NCBI GenBank assembly: GCA_965371515.1
Contig: CBDUYR010000004.1
Coordinates: 11,594-75,593 of the forward strand
Direction: 5' to 3'
Source: an uncultured bacterium
Lineage (GTDB): Bacteria; Krumholzibacteriota; Krumholzibacteriia; Krumholzibacteriales; Krumholzibacteriaceae
Length of the DNA: 64,000 nt
Every line of letters starts with the position of its first letter. The first letter of the stretch is position 1. Both the position numbers and the translations under genes were made by a program. Below the pieces are notes generated by a model. The model saw only the letters and a program-made list of their open reading frames with translations, did not search any database and was not told the DNA's origin. Of this stretch, positions 9,749 to 19,495 are shown piece after piece.

Positions 9749-10414
9749 ATGACTGAGAAAATAACGGAATACGACCGCCGGCGGAGGAAGAGGGTAGTCT
9801 ACCTTCTGCCCATTGTTTTGCTTCTCCTCGTCATCCTCGGTATAAGCCTCGAAAAAGCGAGAGTTGTCGACAGGATATTCAGTGTGGGATACGAGGGCCC
9901 GATGCAGATCCTCCCCGAGATAACGATCCTCGACGATTCGGGGATCGAGGCCGAGGTGTTCGAAAAGGAGAGGCATGACATGGTCGCGCGCGATGTGGAG
10001 GTATACAGCGAGGAGATAGAGGACGAGGACGACGAGGCGGAGACTTCACTCTCTCCCATAGAGGATCCCGAAGAACCGATATACGACGACTTCGAGGGGA
10101 GCGACGCCATCCGCACATACGAGTCTCACGCCCCCATAGCGTACCGGGAAGACTACGTCATAACAAAGATGATCGAGCCGATCTATCCGCCCGAGGCGAT
10201 GATCAGCGGCCGCGAGGGATACGTCCTCGTCGAGGTCTACATAAACAGCAAGGGATTCGTGCAGGAGGCCTGGGTCAGGAAGATCAAGGGAGACGAGAGT
10301 TTCGAGGCTGCCACCCTCGACGCCGTAAAGCAGTTCGAATTCAGGCCGATAATGGACAGGGGAAAGCCGATATCGTTCTGGCTGAGTTTTCTGGTGAGGT
10401 TCGAGCTGAACTAG
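9749..10414 (+). CDS. TonB C-terminal domain protein (energy transducer TonB family)
   Basis: 221 aa. N-terminal TM helix, acidic linker, and a C-terminal TonB_C-like motif (YPPEAMISGREGYVLVEVYINSKGFV...AVKQFEFRP). Confidence 0.8.
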   Translation: MTEKITEYDRRRRKRVVYLLPIVLLLLVILGISLEKARVVDRIFSVGYEGPMQILPEITILDDSGIEAEVFEKERHDMVARDVEVYSEEIEDEDDEAETSLSPIEDPEEPIYDDFEGSDAIRTYESHAPIAYREDYVITKMIEPIYPPEAMISGREGYVLVEVYINSKGFVQEAWVRKIKGDESFEAATLDAVKQFEFRPIMDRGKPISFWLSFLVRFELN

Positions 10415-10419
10415 CCCGG

Positions 10420-12153
10420 TCAGCGGCGCGGAGCGGAAACGGTCACATACTCCTCCACCCTCTCTTTTCTCACGATGTTGAACCTGATCCCGTCGCCCGA
10501 TATCAGCTCGACAAAGCTGTGCCGCCTGTCGCTGAGCATCCGTTCCATCTCGTCTCGCAGGGACGATCCGGAAGCCGACGCCGCCGCCATCGCTTCCATC
10601 ATCTTTCTCACACCGTCGTATCCCCCCGTGACGAACCTGTTGACGTCCCTTCCCTCGTACCCCGTCAGCGCCGCTGCGGCGAGATATCTCTCCTCGATCG
10701 AATCCGAGACGTCCTCCGAAGGAAATACCGCTCCCTCCATGTCGCGGCCCGCCATCCTGAGGAGCTTTCTGGAGTTCCACGACGAGGTGCCGAGAAGCTG
10801 GACGCCGAACTCGTAGAAGGAGAGCTGCGGCAGGATCAGGACGAGATCCTCCGTGTTGGACGGTATGAAGAGCGCCTCCGGAACAGCCTTCCTGATCCGT
10901 TCTATGTTCAGTTTGAAATCGGTGCTGCCCTGCTCATAGAAATCCTCCGCGCAGAGAGTCCCTCCGAGACCTTCGACTTCCCGCCTGAAGAGCTCGGCCA
11001 GAAAACGCCATCTCTGCGAGTCCTCGGCCATGAAAGCGATCCGCCGGAGTCCCATCTCCAGGCAGGCCACCCTTGCAAGAGCGGCGATCTCCATCTCGTA
11101 GTCCTGTGAGCTCTGGAATATGTATCCGCCTATCCCGGCGATCCCTTCCTCCGATGCCACGGGTGAATAGAGCACCGTCCCCGCATGCTGTGCTGTCTGC
11201 GCCACAACGATCGTCGTCGAACTGAGGACACCCCCCACGAGAGCGTCGACGCTCTCATCCTCGATCAGTACAATAGCGGACTTCCTCGCCTCCAGGGCAT
11301 TCGATCGCGTATCTCCTACGACCAGCTCCACGCCGGTCACACCGAATTCACGCGCCTCCCGGATTGCCACCGCCGCCCCGCGCAGGAATTCCTTTCCAAG
11401 CGGAGCGAATCTGCCGCTCAGCGGGCAGATGAGGCCAATCGAGCCCGATGCCTTGCCTGCGCCCGCATCCCTCGGCCTTACAGCGGCGGGCGTGACGGTC
11501 CTTCCCGGGATCGGCGCAATCGCCATCTCCATAGTGTCGAGGGCAGCGATGTGTGCCCGGATCTCTCTCACCGATGCGGTGTCTCCCTCGGCCTCGACTA
11601 TCAGAAGGGAACCTTCCCAGACAAGCTCGATTCCGGGAGCCGCCGGGAAGGCTTCCTGGAGATCGGCAAGCTGATGGGCCGAGAGGAGTGGAACCAGCTG
11701 CGACAGGCCCTCCCTGGCCTGACCGCTGACAGAGGGATCGAGGACCATAGCCGTCATCAATCTTCCTGCCGCATCGGAGAATCTCCCCTTATCCCTGTCG
11801 ATCCCCGCCAGGAGGATGTTCACCTCGGCCGCGGTCTCCGCTCCGGCCTCGGGTGAGGTGAGAGGCATCAGGATCTCCGATGCATCCTCGAGGAATCCGA
11901 GCTTGAGGCTTGCCTTTCCCGTCTCGAGCCTCACCTCGCCGGCGGCATCCGAGTCGGGGTACGTTTCAAGAAAAGGCTTTCCGGCCCTTCGAACGGCACG
12001 GTCGTCGCCATTCGCGACATACGCCCGCAGCTCTTCGAGCTGCTCGTCGTGTATCTGTCGAGGGGATGATCCCGTCTCGAACGACGCTTTCTTCGTGGCG
12101 CATGATACGAGGATCAGCAGGAGCAGTACCGGTATGAGTATCTTTGTCTTCAT
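10420..12153 (-). CDS. LpoA-like lipoprotein (TPR-like N-domain plus LivK/Peripla_BP_6 fold), putative penicillin-binding protein activator
   Basis: 577 aa. Lipobox LILVSC. The C-terminal approx. 330 aa have the periplasmic-binding-protein type I pattern (IGLICPLSGRFAPLGKEFLRGAAVAI...). Functional assignment rests on architecture only. Confidence 0.65.
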   Translation of the reverse strand: MKTKILIPVLLLLILVSCATKKASFETGSSPRQIHDEQLEELRAYVANGDDRAVRRAGKPFLETYPDSDAAGEVRLETGKASLKLGFLEDASEILMPLTSPEAGAETAAEVNILLAGIDRDKGRFSDAAGRLMTAMVLDPSVSGQAREGLSQLVPLLSAHQLADLQEAFPAAPGIELVWEGSLLIVEAEGDTASVREIRAHIAALDTMEMAIAPIPGRTVTPAAVRPRDAGAGKASGSIGLICPLSGRFAPLGKEFLRGAAVAIREAREFGVTGVELVVGDTRSNALEARKSAIVLIEDESVDALVGGVLSSTTIVVAQTAQHAGTVLYSPVASEEGIAGIGGYIFQSSQDYEMEIAALARVACLEMGLRRIAFMAEDSQRWRFLAELFRREVEGLGGTLCAEDFYEQGSTDFKLNIERIRKAVPEALFIPSNTEDLVLILPQLSFYEFGVQLLGTSSWNSRKLLRMAGRDMEGAVFPSEDVSDSIEERYLAAAALTGYEGRDVNRFVTGGYDGVRKMMEAMAAASASGSSLRDEMERMLSDRRHSFVELISGDGIRFNIVRKERVEEYVTVSAPRR

Positions 12154-12689
12154 CGTTTCTTCGCCGGCAGATCGAAGGTCCCTTTGCCGAGAAAGGACAG
12201 CGCGAGCTCGTGGTACTCCATCGACTGGGCGGTCAGCTTCTCGATGGCCTCGTCGTCGACCTGCCTTCGCACCTTTCCCGGCACTCCGGCCACGAGCGAC
12301 CCCGGCGGGATATCGGTACCATTTAGTACCACCGCGTTGGCGGCGATCATACTCCCTTTTCCTATCCTGGCGCCATCAAGAATTACGGCTCCCATGCCGA
12401 TGAGCGATCCGTCCTCCACCGTGCAGGAATGGAGGATCGCCCCATGCCCGATTGTCACGTTGTCGCCGACAACAAGCTCGGGGCCACCGGTCGTGCAGTG
12501 ACAGACACAGGCATCCTGAATGTTCGAGTACCTTCCTATGGTGATCGTCCAGCAGTCGCCCCTGACAACCGCTCCATGCCATACGCTCGATCCATCGCCG
12601 ATTGTGACGTCGCCGATCACGCTGGCCGTCGGCGCGATGTAGACGCTCCGCCCGATAACAGGCGACATGCCCTGGAATTCCTCTATCAA
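12150..12689 (-). CDS. gamma carbonic anhydrase family / hexapeptide-repeat protein
   Basis: 179 aa. Left-handed beta-helix repeats (IGDVTIGDGSSVWHGAVVRGD..., VGDNVTIGHGAILH, IGMGAVILDGARIG), typical of YrdA/PaaY-like proteins. Confidence 0.85.
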   Translation of the reverse strand: MIEEFQGMSPVIGRSVYIAPTASVIGDVTIGDGSSVWHGAVVRGDCWTITIGRYSNIQDACVCHCTTGGPELVVGDNVTIGHGAILHSCTVEDGSLIGMGAVILDGARIGKGSMIAANAVVLNGTDIPPGSLVAGVPGKVRRQVDDEAIEKLTAQSMEYHELALSFLGKGTFDLPAKKR

Positions 12690-12709
12690 GACTTTCCTTC
12701 CCCGCCCTT

Positions 12710-13189
12710 TCAGGCCTCCTCGAACTCCCCGGGATCGATCTCCTCGAGGCCTTCGCGGCCGCTGTCGCCGTCGGCTTTCCCGATCTGCAGGTTTCTCTTG
12801 TATTTCTCGAACAGCTCTTCCTCGATCCGGATCACCGATCCCGATCTCAGGGCCAGCGCTATCGCGTCACTCGGCCGCGCGTCGATGTAGAACAGCTCCT
12901 CGCCCCGGCCAAGGACGATCCTCGCGAAATAGGTATCCTCGTGTATGCCTGTTATCTCGATCTCCTTTACCTCGCCTCCGAGTTCCTCGACGACGAGCTT
13001 CAGCAGATCATGCGTCATCGGTCGTTCGAACGTCTTACCCGCGAGGACCGTGTATATTGCAGTAGCCTCCGCAGCGCCGATCCAGATCGGCAGGACTTCC
13101 TCGCCCCCCTCCGACTTGATCAGGGCTACAGGGAATTCCCTCTCACGATCGAGTGCGATCCCGCTGACATATACTTCTTTCATATCCAC
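12710..13189 (-). CDS. bifunctional nuclease (DUF151/BFN) family protein
   Basis: 159 aa. PIWIGAAEATAI...ERPMTHDLL motif characteristic of the bifunctional nuclease domain. Confidence 0.8.
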   Translation of the reverse strand: MDMKEVYVSGIALDREREFPVALIKSEGGEEVLPIWIGAAEATAIYTVLAGKTFERPMTHDLLKLVVEELGGEVKEIEITGIHEDTYFARIVLGRGEELFYIDARPSDAIALALRSGSVIRIEEELFEKYKRNLQIGKADGDSGREGLEEIDPGEFEEA

Positions 13190-13193
13190 AGTG

Positions 13194-14396
13194 TCAGTCC
13201 TGGCCTTCCTCCATCCGCTCCTTCATGTCATCGACCGACTCGAATTTCGGGTGCGGCTTATTGAGGTTCTCTATCATCCACTTCGCCGACTCGGCGACTT
13301 CCGAATCGGGGTACTTCTTGAGCAGCTCGTCGAAGACCCTTCTCGCCTGAACGAGATCCATGACCTCCTCGGCATACACGAAACCGATCATGAAGAGCGC
13401 CTGTGGTGCATATTTGTGCTCGGGATACTTGTTCACGATATTCCTGTAGTACTGGATCCTCGTGAAATTGGCATCCTCTTCCTGGGCGATCTCCCACAGT
13501 TCCTCGGGAGACCGTGTCGTCTTGATGAAGTCTTCCCTGACAAAGTTGACGGGCTCGTACTCTTTCCTGAGCCTGTAGAGCTCCTGCTCGAGGTTGGCCT
13601 TGGCCTTGCTGCCGCGGAGCTGGTCGAGAATATCCTTTCTGACTTCTGACAGCGGTTTGAGGTTCTCCGGCTTCTTGTCATTGATCTTGACGAGCGAATA
13701 TCCCTTTTCAGTGACAACAACATCGCTCACCTCGCTGAGCTCGAGATTCCTCACCTGCTCGGAGAACTCCTTTGACTCCCCGTAGAACTTGATGTATCCG
13801 CCGGGATTGAAATACCCGAGGTTGCCGTTGCTGGGTGCGGTCGTACGGTCCTCGCTCTCATATTTGGCGATCTTGTTGAACTTCTCGCCGTCGTCGATAC
13901 GCTTCTTCCATTCGACGACTTTCATGCTGTCCTTGGAGAAGGCATGCTGAGCCTTGATGATCGCCCTGTTCATGAACTCTTCCCAGTGGTCGTTGTAATA
14001 TTTCTCGATCTCCTCGTCGGTCACTTCGACCTTCTGCCTGATCATTTTGTCGTAATAGGCGGTGATCATGATGTTTTTTCCCGCCTGCATGATCTGTTTC
14101 TTTACATCTTCGTCGTACTTGAGATCAGTCTTCTCAGCAGCGAGATAGAGAAGCTCCTCGTTAATCAGAGCGTCCACGAATTTCGCGCGGCCATCCTTGC
14201 CCTTGTACTGCGCCCTGATCTGCGGGGACATCGACTCGAACCTGTCGTCGATCTCCTTCGTAGTGATCTTCGAATTGCCTACCCTCGCGTCCAGGCCCTG
14301 GTTGACCTCGAACTTCTCGCCCTTCTCGGAGCAAGAAACCAGGCCCGCTGCGATCATCATCGCTATCGCTGCAAAAAACATGATCCTCTTCGACAT
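13194..14396 (-). CDS. parvulin-type peptidyl-prolyl isomerase lipoprotein (SurA/PpiD-like) with C-terminal TPR-like module
   Basis: I place the start at the ATG at 14396 (MSKRIMFFAAIAMMIAAGLVSC, lipobox) behind GGAGGA. The longer ORF-track start would overlap manC. Rotamase motif GNLGYFNPG...VSDVVVTEKGYSLVKI. Confidence 0.75.
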   Translation of the reverse strand: MSKRIMFFAAIAMMIAAGLVSCSEKGEKFEVNQGLDARVGNSKITTKEIDDRFESMSPQIRAQYKGKDGRAKFVDALINEELLYLAAEKTDLKYDEDVKKQIMQAGKNIMITAYYDKMIRQKVEVTDEEIEKYYNDHWEEFMNRAIIKAQHAFSKDSMKVVEWKKRIDDGEKFNKIAKYESEDRTTAPSNGNLGYFNPGGYIKFYGESKEFSEQVRNLELSEVSDVVVTEKGYSLVKINDKKPENLKPLSEVRKDILDQLRGSKAKANLEQELYRLRKEYEPVNFVREDFIKTTRSPEELWEIAQEEDANFTRIQYYRNIVNKYPEHKYAPQALFMIGFVYAEEVMDLVQARRVFDELLKKYPDSEVAESAKWMIENLNKPHPKFESVDDMKERMEEGQD

Positions 14397-14421
14397 CGGT
14401 TCCTCCTTCGTTCGGCAGACC

Positions 14422-15510
14422 TTACAGGTGCTCTTTCCTTCCCTTTTCTTCCATTCTATCCAGGATCTCGCGGACCTTCTGGCTTTCGCCCTTTCTGCAG
14501 ACAAGGACCCGCCCGCCGCTGACCGCCACGATGACGTCATCGACGCCTATCATCGCGGTGAAGCCGTCGGGATTGTAGATGATGTTATTTTTCGAATCGA
14601 CGAGTTCCATCTCTCCCGCCCCGGTATTGCCGGCGGCGTCCTTCGGCAGGATCTCTTCCAGAGCATCCCACGAGCCGACGTCGCTCCACCCGAAGGATAC
14701 GGGCACGACGACCACGTTGTCGGCCTTCTCCAGGATCCCGAAGTCGACCGAGATGGAAGGCATGGTACCATAGTGTTCCCTGGCGTATTCGTCGAATCGG
14801 CCTTCCGCTCCGGCGGTCTCGAATCCGCGCAGGAGCTCGCTCCCCTCCGGAAAATACCTGTCCCACGCCTCGATGAAAACCGATGGCCTCCAGACGAAGA
14901 TCCCGCTGTTCCAGTAATAGTTTCCGCTTTCCAGGTAGCGTAGAGCCGTCTCGTGATCAGGCTTTTCATGGAATCTCTTCACTTCAACGGGTATGGACGT
15001 CCCTCCGTCAGGTGCCGGACCCGCAGTCTCTATATATCCGTATCCTGTAGCAGGAGCGGCAGGTTCGATTCCGAATGTTACGAGGATATCCCTGTTTTGT
15101 GCGGCATCCGCTGCAATACGTACGGCCGACTGGAATCCTGCCTCATCAGTGATCAGATGATCGGAAGGACAGCACAGGACCGGATCATCGCCCCCTCTCG
15201 CACGTACCATGATCGCGGCAGCGGCAAGTGACGGAGCGGTATTGCGGGAGACCGGTTCGGCGAACAGATTTTCGACGGGGAGTTCCGGGAGGTCATGCCT
15301 GACCGCGTCGGCCTGATCGGCAGCCGTCAGCAGGAGTATCCGTTCCGCAGGGAGAAATGAGCGCATACGCTTCCATGTAAGGGCAAGCATGCTGCCATCT
15401 CCCGTGACATCGAGGAACTGCTTCGGCCTCCCCGCCGTGCTGGCCGGCCAGAGCCTCTTTCCTTTTCCTCCTGCGAGAATCGCTGCGTACACGGGCCACC
15501 CCCTGTTCAC
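14422..15510 (-). CDS. manC: mannose-1-phosphate guanylyltransferase
   Basis: 362 aa. N-terminal nucleotidyltransferase motif AILAGGKGKRLWPAS and an overall ManC-like sequence. Confidence 0.85.
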   Translation of the reverse strand: MNRGWPVYAAILAGGKGKRLWPASTAGRPKQFLDVTGDGSMLALTWKRMRSFLPAERILLLTAADQADAVRHDLPELPVENLFAEPVSRNTAPSLAAAAIMVRARGGDDPVLCCPSDHLITDEAGFQSAVRIAADAAQNRDILVTFGIEPAAPATGYGYIETAGPAPDGGTSIPVEVKRFHEKPDHETALRYLESGNYYWNSGIFVWRPSVFIEAWDRYFPEGSELLRGFETAGAEGRFDEYAREHYGTMPSISVDFGILEKADNVVVVPVSFGWSDVGSWDALEEILPKDAAGNTGAGEMELVDSKNNIIYNPDGFTAMIGVDDVIVAVSGGRVLVCRKGESQKVREILDRMEEKGRKEHL

Positions 15511-15529
15511 TGCCCGCTCGAGGGGTGCT

Positions 15530-16849
15530 TTAATCAGAGTACAGTCCGGAAACGTCTATGTGGTCTTTCAGCGCGTCGGCGAAGGCCCTGCGTATCTCCT
15601 CGAGAGATTCCTTGTCATCCGCTTCGAATCTGAGAACGAGCACGGGCTGTGTGTTCGAGGCCCTGAGCAGCCCCCAGCCCTTCTCGAAATCGACCCTGGC
15701 GCCGTCGACATCGTTTACCTTGTTGGTCTTTTTGAAATGGTCGGTGACCTGGCTGACAACTTCGAACTTCTTTTCGTCCGCGCACTCGACCCTTATCTCA
15801 GGCGTGTTCTCGTATTTCGGATAGTCGGCAAGCATCTCGCTGATGCTCAAGTCGCTCTTCGAGACGATCTCCAGTATCCTGCACGCAGCGTATATCGCGT
15901 CGTCAAACCCGAAGTACCTGTCGGCGAAAAACTGGTGCCCGCTCATCTCGCCGGCGAGCGGTGCGTTTTCATCGCGCATCTTCTTCTTGATGAGTGAATG
16001 TCCCGTCTTCCACATTATCGGCCTGCCACCGAGTTTCTCGATCTCCTCGGGGAGAGCCTTCGAGCACTTTACCTCGAAGATTACCGCGGAGCCCGGGTTG
16101 TCGGCGAGAACGTCCCTCGCATACAGGGCAAGAAGGGTATCACCCCAGATGATCTCGCCCTTCTCGTCGATCACGCCGATCCTGTCGGAGTCGCCGTCGA
16201 AACCTATTCCTAGCTCCAGTCCATCGTCGAGGACGGCCTTTCTCAAGTCGACGAGATTCTTCGCGACAGTAGGGTCGGGGTGGTGGTTGGGGAAGTTCCC
16301 GTCGGGTTCCATGTAGAGAAGGACCGGATCGCACCCGAGCTTCCGGAAGAGTTCCGGCGCAGCGAGACCCGCAGTGGCGTTACCTCCGTCGGCGGCGAAA
16401 CGCACCGGCCTCTCGAGATGTATGTTGTCGGAAAGGTAGTCGATGTACTCGGAAGTCACATCCTTCGCGGTCATCGTCCCCCTCTTCTCCACAGGGGATA
16501 GGCCGCCCTGGAGGGAGTGGAGCTCCATTATGTCCGCTCCGTAGATAGTACCCTCTCCTCGGAGAACCTTGAAGCCATTGAACTCGGCGGGATTGTGGCT
16601 CGCCGTGATCATGACTCCGCCCTTTATCTCCCACTTCTTTGCGGCGAAATAGAATATGGGGGTCGGGACCACGCCGACATCAACGACGTCTATCCCGCCC
16701 GCCATGAGACCATCTGTAAGGGCCGCGAAGTATGAATCGCTGCTGAGTCTGACATCCCTGCCGACTACAGCGCGGGAAATCCCTTCGCGGGCGAAGGTGG
16801 AAGCTATCGCCAGGCCCAGACCGTTCACACCTTCGTCTGTAAGGTCCAC
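15530..16849 (-). CDS. manB: phosphomannomutase/phosphoglucomutase
   Basis: Phosphoserine loop GVMITASHNPAEFNGFK, metal loop GFDGDSDR, sugar loop GEMSGH. The true start is probably upstream of 16849 (see finding): the conserved IFREYDIRG motif is encoded in frame before the first canonical start. Confidence 0.88.
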   Translation of the reverse strand: MDLTDEGVNGLGLAIASTFAREGISRAVVGRDVRLSSDSYFAALTDGLMAGGIDVVDVGVVPTPIFYFAAKKWEIKGGVMITASHNPAEFNGFKVLRGEGTIYGADIMELHSLQGGLSPVEKRGTMTAKDVTSEYIDYLSDNIHLERPVRFAADGGNATAGLAAPELFRKLGCDPVLLYMEPDGNFPNHHPDPTVAKNLVDLRKAVLDDGLELGIGFDGDSDRIGVIDEKGEIIWGDTLLALYARDVLADNPGSAVIFEVKCSKALPEEIEKLGGRPIMWKTGHSLIKKKMRDENAPLAGEMSGHQFFADRYFGFDDAIYAACRILEIVSKSDLSISEMLADYPKYENTPEIRVECADEKKFEVVSQVTDHFKKTNKVNDVDGARVDFEKGWGLLRASNTQPVLVLRFEADDKESLEEIRRAFADALKDHIDVSGLYSD

Positions 16850-16962
16850 GTCGACGAGCCCGCGGATATCGTATTCCCTGAATATCTTTCCGGGCAGTTC
16901 GATGACCGGCCTCCCTTCGCTCCGATCGACACCCTGCGTATCGCCGGTATGGCGACCGAAGG

Positions 16963-17406
16963 TTACTCCTTGACGACCCAGACCTTGACCTGGATCTCGA
17001 CTTCACTGTGAAGCCGGACAGGCACCGTATATACACCGAGAAGCTTGATGTGTTCCTCGAGCTTCACCATGTTGTGGTCGACCTTGAACCCCTGCTCGGT
17101 GATGGCACGGGCGATGTCGTTCTCGCTGACCGAACCGTAGAGCTTGTCCTCTTCCCCGGCCTGTACCACGATCGTGACCGAGATTTCCTTCATCTTCTCC
17201 GCCGTCTCGAGGATGGTCCGCTTTTCCTTGTCGTCCCTGATGTCACGAAGCTTGTTCTCTTCGTTCATGACCTTCTTCATCGCCTTGGTGGCGGGAAGGG
17301 CCATTTTATGCGGCAGAAGGTAGTTTCTCGCATAACCGGCCTTCACCTTGACGATATCGCCGCGAGCGCCGAGGCCCTCGACGGACTTGGTAAGAATGAT
17401 CTCCAT
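16963..17406 (-). CDS. rplI: 50S ribosomal protein L9
   Basis: 147 aa. MEIILTKSVEGLGARGDIVKVKAGYARNYLLP is the canonical L9 N-terminus. Confidence 0.95.
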   Translation of the reverse strand: MEIILTKSVEGLGARGDIVKVKAGYARNYLLPHKMALPATKAMKKVMNEENKLRDIRDDKEKRTILETAEKMKEISVTIVVQAGEEDKLYGSVSENDIARAITEQGFKVDHNMVKLEEHIKLLGVYTVPVRLHSEVEIQVKVWVVKE

Positions 17407-17418
17407 ATTCCTGTCTCC

Positions 17419-17679
17419 CTACCGGTAGTATATCTTCACGAACGGCAGAAGGGCGATAGCCCTCGCACGCTTGATGGCTTGTGCAAGCGCCCGCTGGTGC
17501 CTGGCGCACGTGCCGGTGATCCTGCGCGGGGTTATCTTTCCCCTGTCCGTGACAAACCTTCTGAGAAGGGCCTCGTTCTTGTAATTGATCGTCAACTTGT
17601 CCGCGCAGAACCTGCACGGCTTGTTGGTGGTTCTCTTCTCTTTTTTCTTCTTCTTTCCCCTGGATGACGTCTTCGGCAT
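17419..17679 (-). CDS. rpsR: 30S ribosomal protein S18
   Basis: 86 aa. CRFC...[26 protein letters not shown] motif. The ATG shares one base with the rpsF stop (TAATG). Confidence 0.95.
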   Translation of the reverse strand: MPKTSSRGKKKKKEKRTTNKPCRFCADKLTINYKNEALLRRFVTDRGKITPRRITGTCARHQRALAQAIKRARAIALLPFVKIYYR

Positions 17680-18020
17680 TATCCTGTCTCCTCAGTTTCG
17701 CCAGCGGGCTGCTCGGCCGGCTGTTCGGTCACGGGATTCTCGTCGATGACGATCATATGCCTGAGCACCATGTCATCGAACCGGTAGACACGGTTGAGCT
17801 CGTTCAGGATATCGTTGTCGCCGTCGAAACACATGAGGATATAACTGCCCTCGAAACGCTTGGCGATCGGATAGGCGAGCTTCCGCTTGCCCCAGGGATC
17901 GACCTTGCGGACCGTTCCTCCCCTGGAGGTGACGACCTCGTTGAACTTCTCCGTCTTTTCCTTTACGGCAAGTTCTTCAAGGGATGGATCGAGGATGTAA
18001 ACGCACTCATAGGCACGCAT
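17679..18020 (-). CDS. rpsF: 30S ribosomal protein S6
   Basis: Start taken at [14 protein letters not shown] (ATG 18020, GGGAGGAAC upstream). The ORF-track N-terminal extension has no S6 similarity. Confidence 0.93.
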   Translation of the reverse strand: MRAYECVYILDPSLEELAVKEKTEKFNEVVTSRGGTVRKVDPWGKRKLAYPIAKRFEGSYILMCFDGDNDILNELNRVYRFDDMVLRHMIVIDENPVTEQPAEQPAGETEETG

Positions 18021-18168
18021 AGATTTGTTCCTCCCTTCGGACTTATTCGACCTTCCCTGTCCGGGGTGGACGGGAAGGTAGGGATTTATGTACCGCGCCT
18101 CCGTAAAGGTCAGCACGGGGCCGAAATATAGCAGATCTTCCCCGTGGAGTCAACCCCGCTTCGGGCTG

Positions 18169-18765
18169 TCACCCATCCACTGCTCCGCCTGCGTCGTCCC
18201 TGGGCGCTTTACGGTTGTATCGCCTCTGGGCAGCTCCAAGGCCCTGTATCAGAATCAGTTCCACCGCGGCAGCGGCATCGTCGACCATCTCACTCACCGG
18301 CCCGGCCTCGTCCCCACCGAACTCCTCCAGTACGAAATCGCTCCAGAGGGCTCCGGGAGGCGCCGGACCTGCTCCGAGCCTCAACCGCGCGAATTCCGGA
18401 GTCCCGAGGGCTCCGGTCACCGACTCGAGGCCGCGGTGCCCGCCGCTGCCTCCAACGGCCCGAATTCTGATCAGTCCGACCGGCAGATGGATATCGTCGC
18501 AGACGACCAGAACGGAATCGGGGGAAACGCCCGCAATCTTCAGCGCATCCCCCGAAAGATTCATGAATGTAAGGGGCTTGAGAAGCGTAATGTGCCGCCC
18601 GGCGAATCGCCAGCGGGTCTCCAGCGTGAGCCCGCCTCTGTCGTTCCAGCCAAGCCTGTGACGTCCCGCGAGCGTATCGAGAGTATCGTAACCGAGATTG
18701 TGCCTTGTACCAGCGTATTCCTGTCCCGGATTGCCCAGTCCAAGAACAAGAGTGATCTCCGGCAT
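18169..18765 (-). CDS. pth: peptidyl-tRNA hydrolase
   Basis: 198 aa. LVLGLGNPGQEYAGTRHNLG motif. Confidence 0.93.
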   Translation of the reverse strand: MPEITLVLGLGNPGQEYAGTRHNLGYDTLDTLAGRHRLGWNDRGGLTLETRWRFAGRHITLLKPLTFMNLSGDALKIAGVSPDSVLVVCDDIHLPVGLIRIRAVGGSGGHRGLESVTGALGTPEFARLRLGAGPAPPGALWSDFVLEEFGGDEAGPVSEMVDDAAAAVELILIQGLGAAQRRYNRKAPRDDAGGAVDG

Positions 18766-18771
18766 CCGCTA

Positions 18772-19482
18772 TCAGTCTTTCTTTCCGCCCTTTTTGGCAG
18801 CGGCTTCGCCTTCTTCGGCAGCGGCTTCGCCCTCTTCGGCAGCGGCTTCGCCCTCTTCGGCGCCCTCGGCTTCTTCTTCCTCGCCTTCCACGGCCTCCGT
18901 AAGGTCTTCCATCTTCTTCGGCGGAGATACGTGGGCGAGGTTGATATGTCCTTCATCGAGAAAATCGATGTCAGGATAGAGGTTCACGAGATCCGAGATA
19001 TGGACCGTATCGCCGATCATCAAGGACGTAACGTCGATATCGAGATGCTCGGGAACGTTGGCGGCCGTTGTGGCGATCATGACCTCACGGACGCCTTGAT
19101 CGAGAATACCGCCGAATTCCTTCACTCCCCTGGACATCCCGTTGAGGTTCACGGGAACACCGACCTTGATGTTCTCGTTCATCGATATCCTCTGGAAATC
19201 AACATGAAGAACGTCGCCTGAGACGGGGTGGTGCTGGACGTCCCGGACGAGCGTAATGTGTTCCTCCATGTCCACTCCCTCGACCTCGAGATCCAGGATC
19301 AGATGCTCGCTCGTCGCGTTGTGGAGTATGGTCCAGAACTCGTGCTCGAGTAATGCCAGATGGACGGGGTCTTTCTTGTGTCCGTAGAGAACACCCGGTA
19401 TCTCACCCTGCTGGCGCAACTTGTGAACGTTCTTCTTGTTGGCCTCTTTCCTTCTTCGGGCCTTCAGCTTGATAGGCTTCAT
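18772..19482 (-). CDS. rplY: 50S ribosomal protein L25 / general stress protein Ctc
   Basis: 236 aa. L25/Ctc N-terminal and beta-barrel domains (RRKEANKKNVHKLRQQGEIPGVLYG), then an acidic repetitive tail (EEGEAAA x3). Confidence 0.9.
   Translation of the reverse strand: MKPIKLKARRRKEANKKNVHKLRQQGEIPGVLYGHKKDPVHLALLEHEFWTILHNATSEHLILDLEVEGVDMEEHITLVRDVQHHPVSGDVLHVDFQRISMNENIKVGVPVNLNGMSRGVKEFGGILDQGVREVMIATTAANVPEHLDIDVTSLMIGDTVHISDLVNLYPDIDFLDEGHINLAHVSPPKKMEDLTEAVEGEEEEAEGAEEGEAAAEEGEAAAEEGEAAAKKGGKKD
18797..18859. repeat. 21-bp tandem repeat x3 inside the rplY 3' end
   Basis: The unit gcagcggcttcgcc(t/c)tcttcg is read three times back to back (18797-18817, 18818-18838, 18839-18859), followed by a degenerate fourth copy. 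It encodes the EEGEAAA heptad tail. Confidence 0.9.
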
Positions 19483-19495
19483 CTTTTCCTCCGTA

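Noticed and set aside
14397-14540. N-terminal extensions in ORF-track calls: the PPIase (14397-14540), ispE (21780-22049), spoVG (20870-20959), rpsF (18021-18116), thpR (37505-37633), the oxidoreductase alpha subunit (50166-50234) and the TPR protein (58686-58955).
   Set aside because: Each extension runs through the spacer or into the upstream gene, lacks family similarity, and precedes an internal Met. That Met starts the conserved sequence or a signal peptide and, where I checked the upstream bases (PPIase, rpsF), follows a good Shine-Dalgarno.
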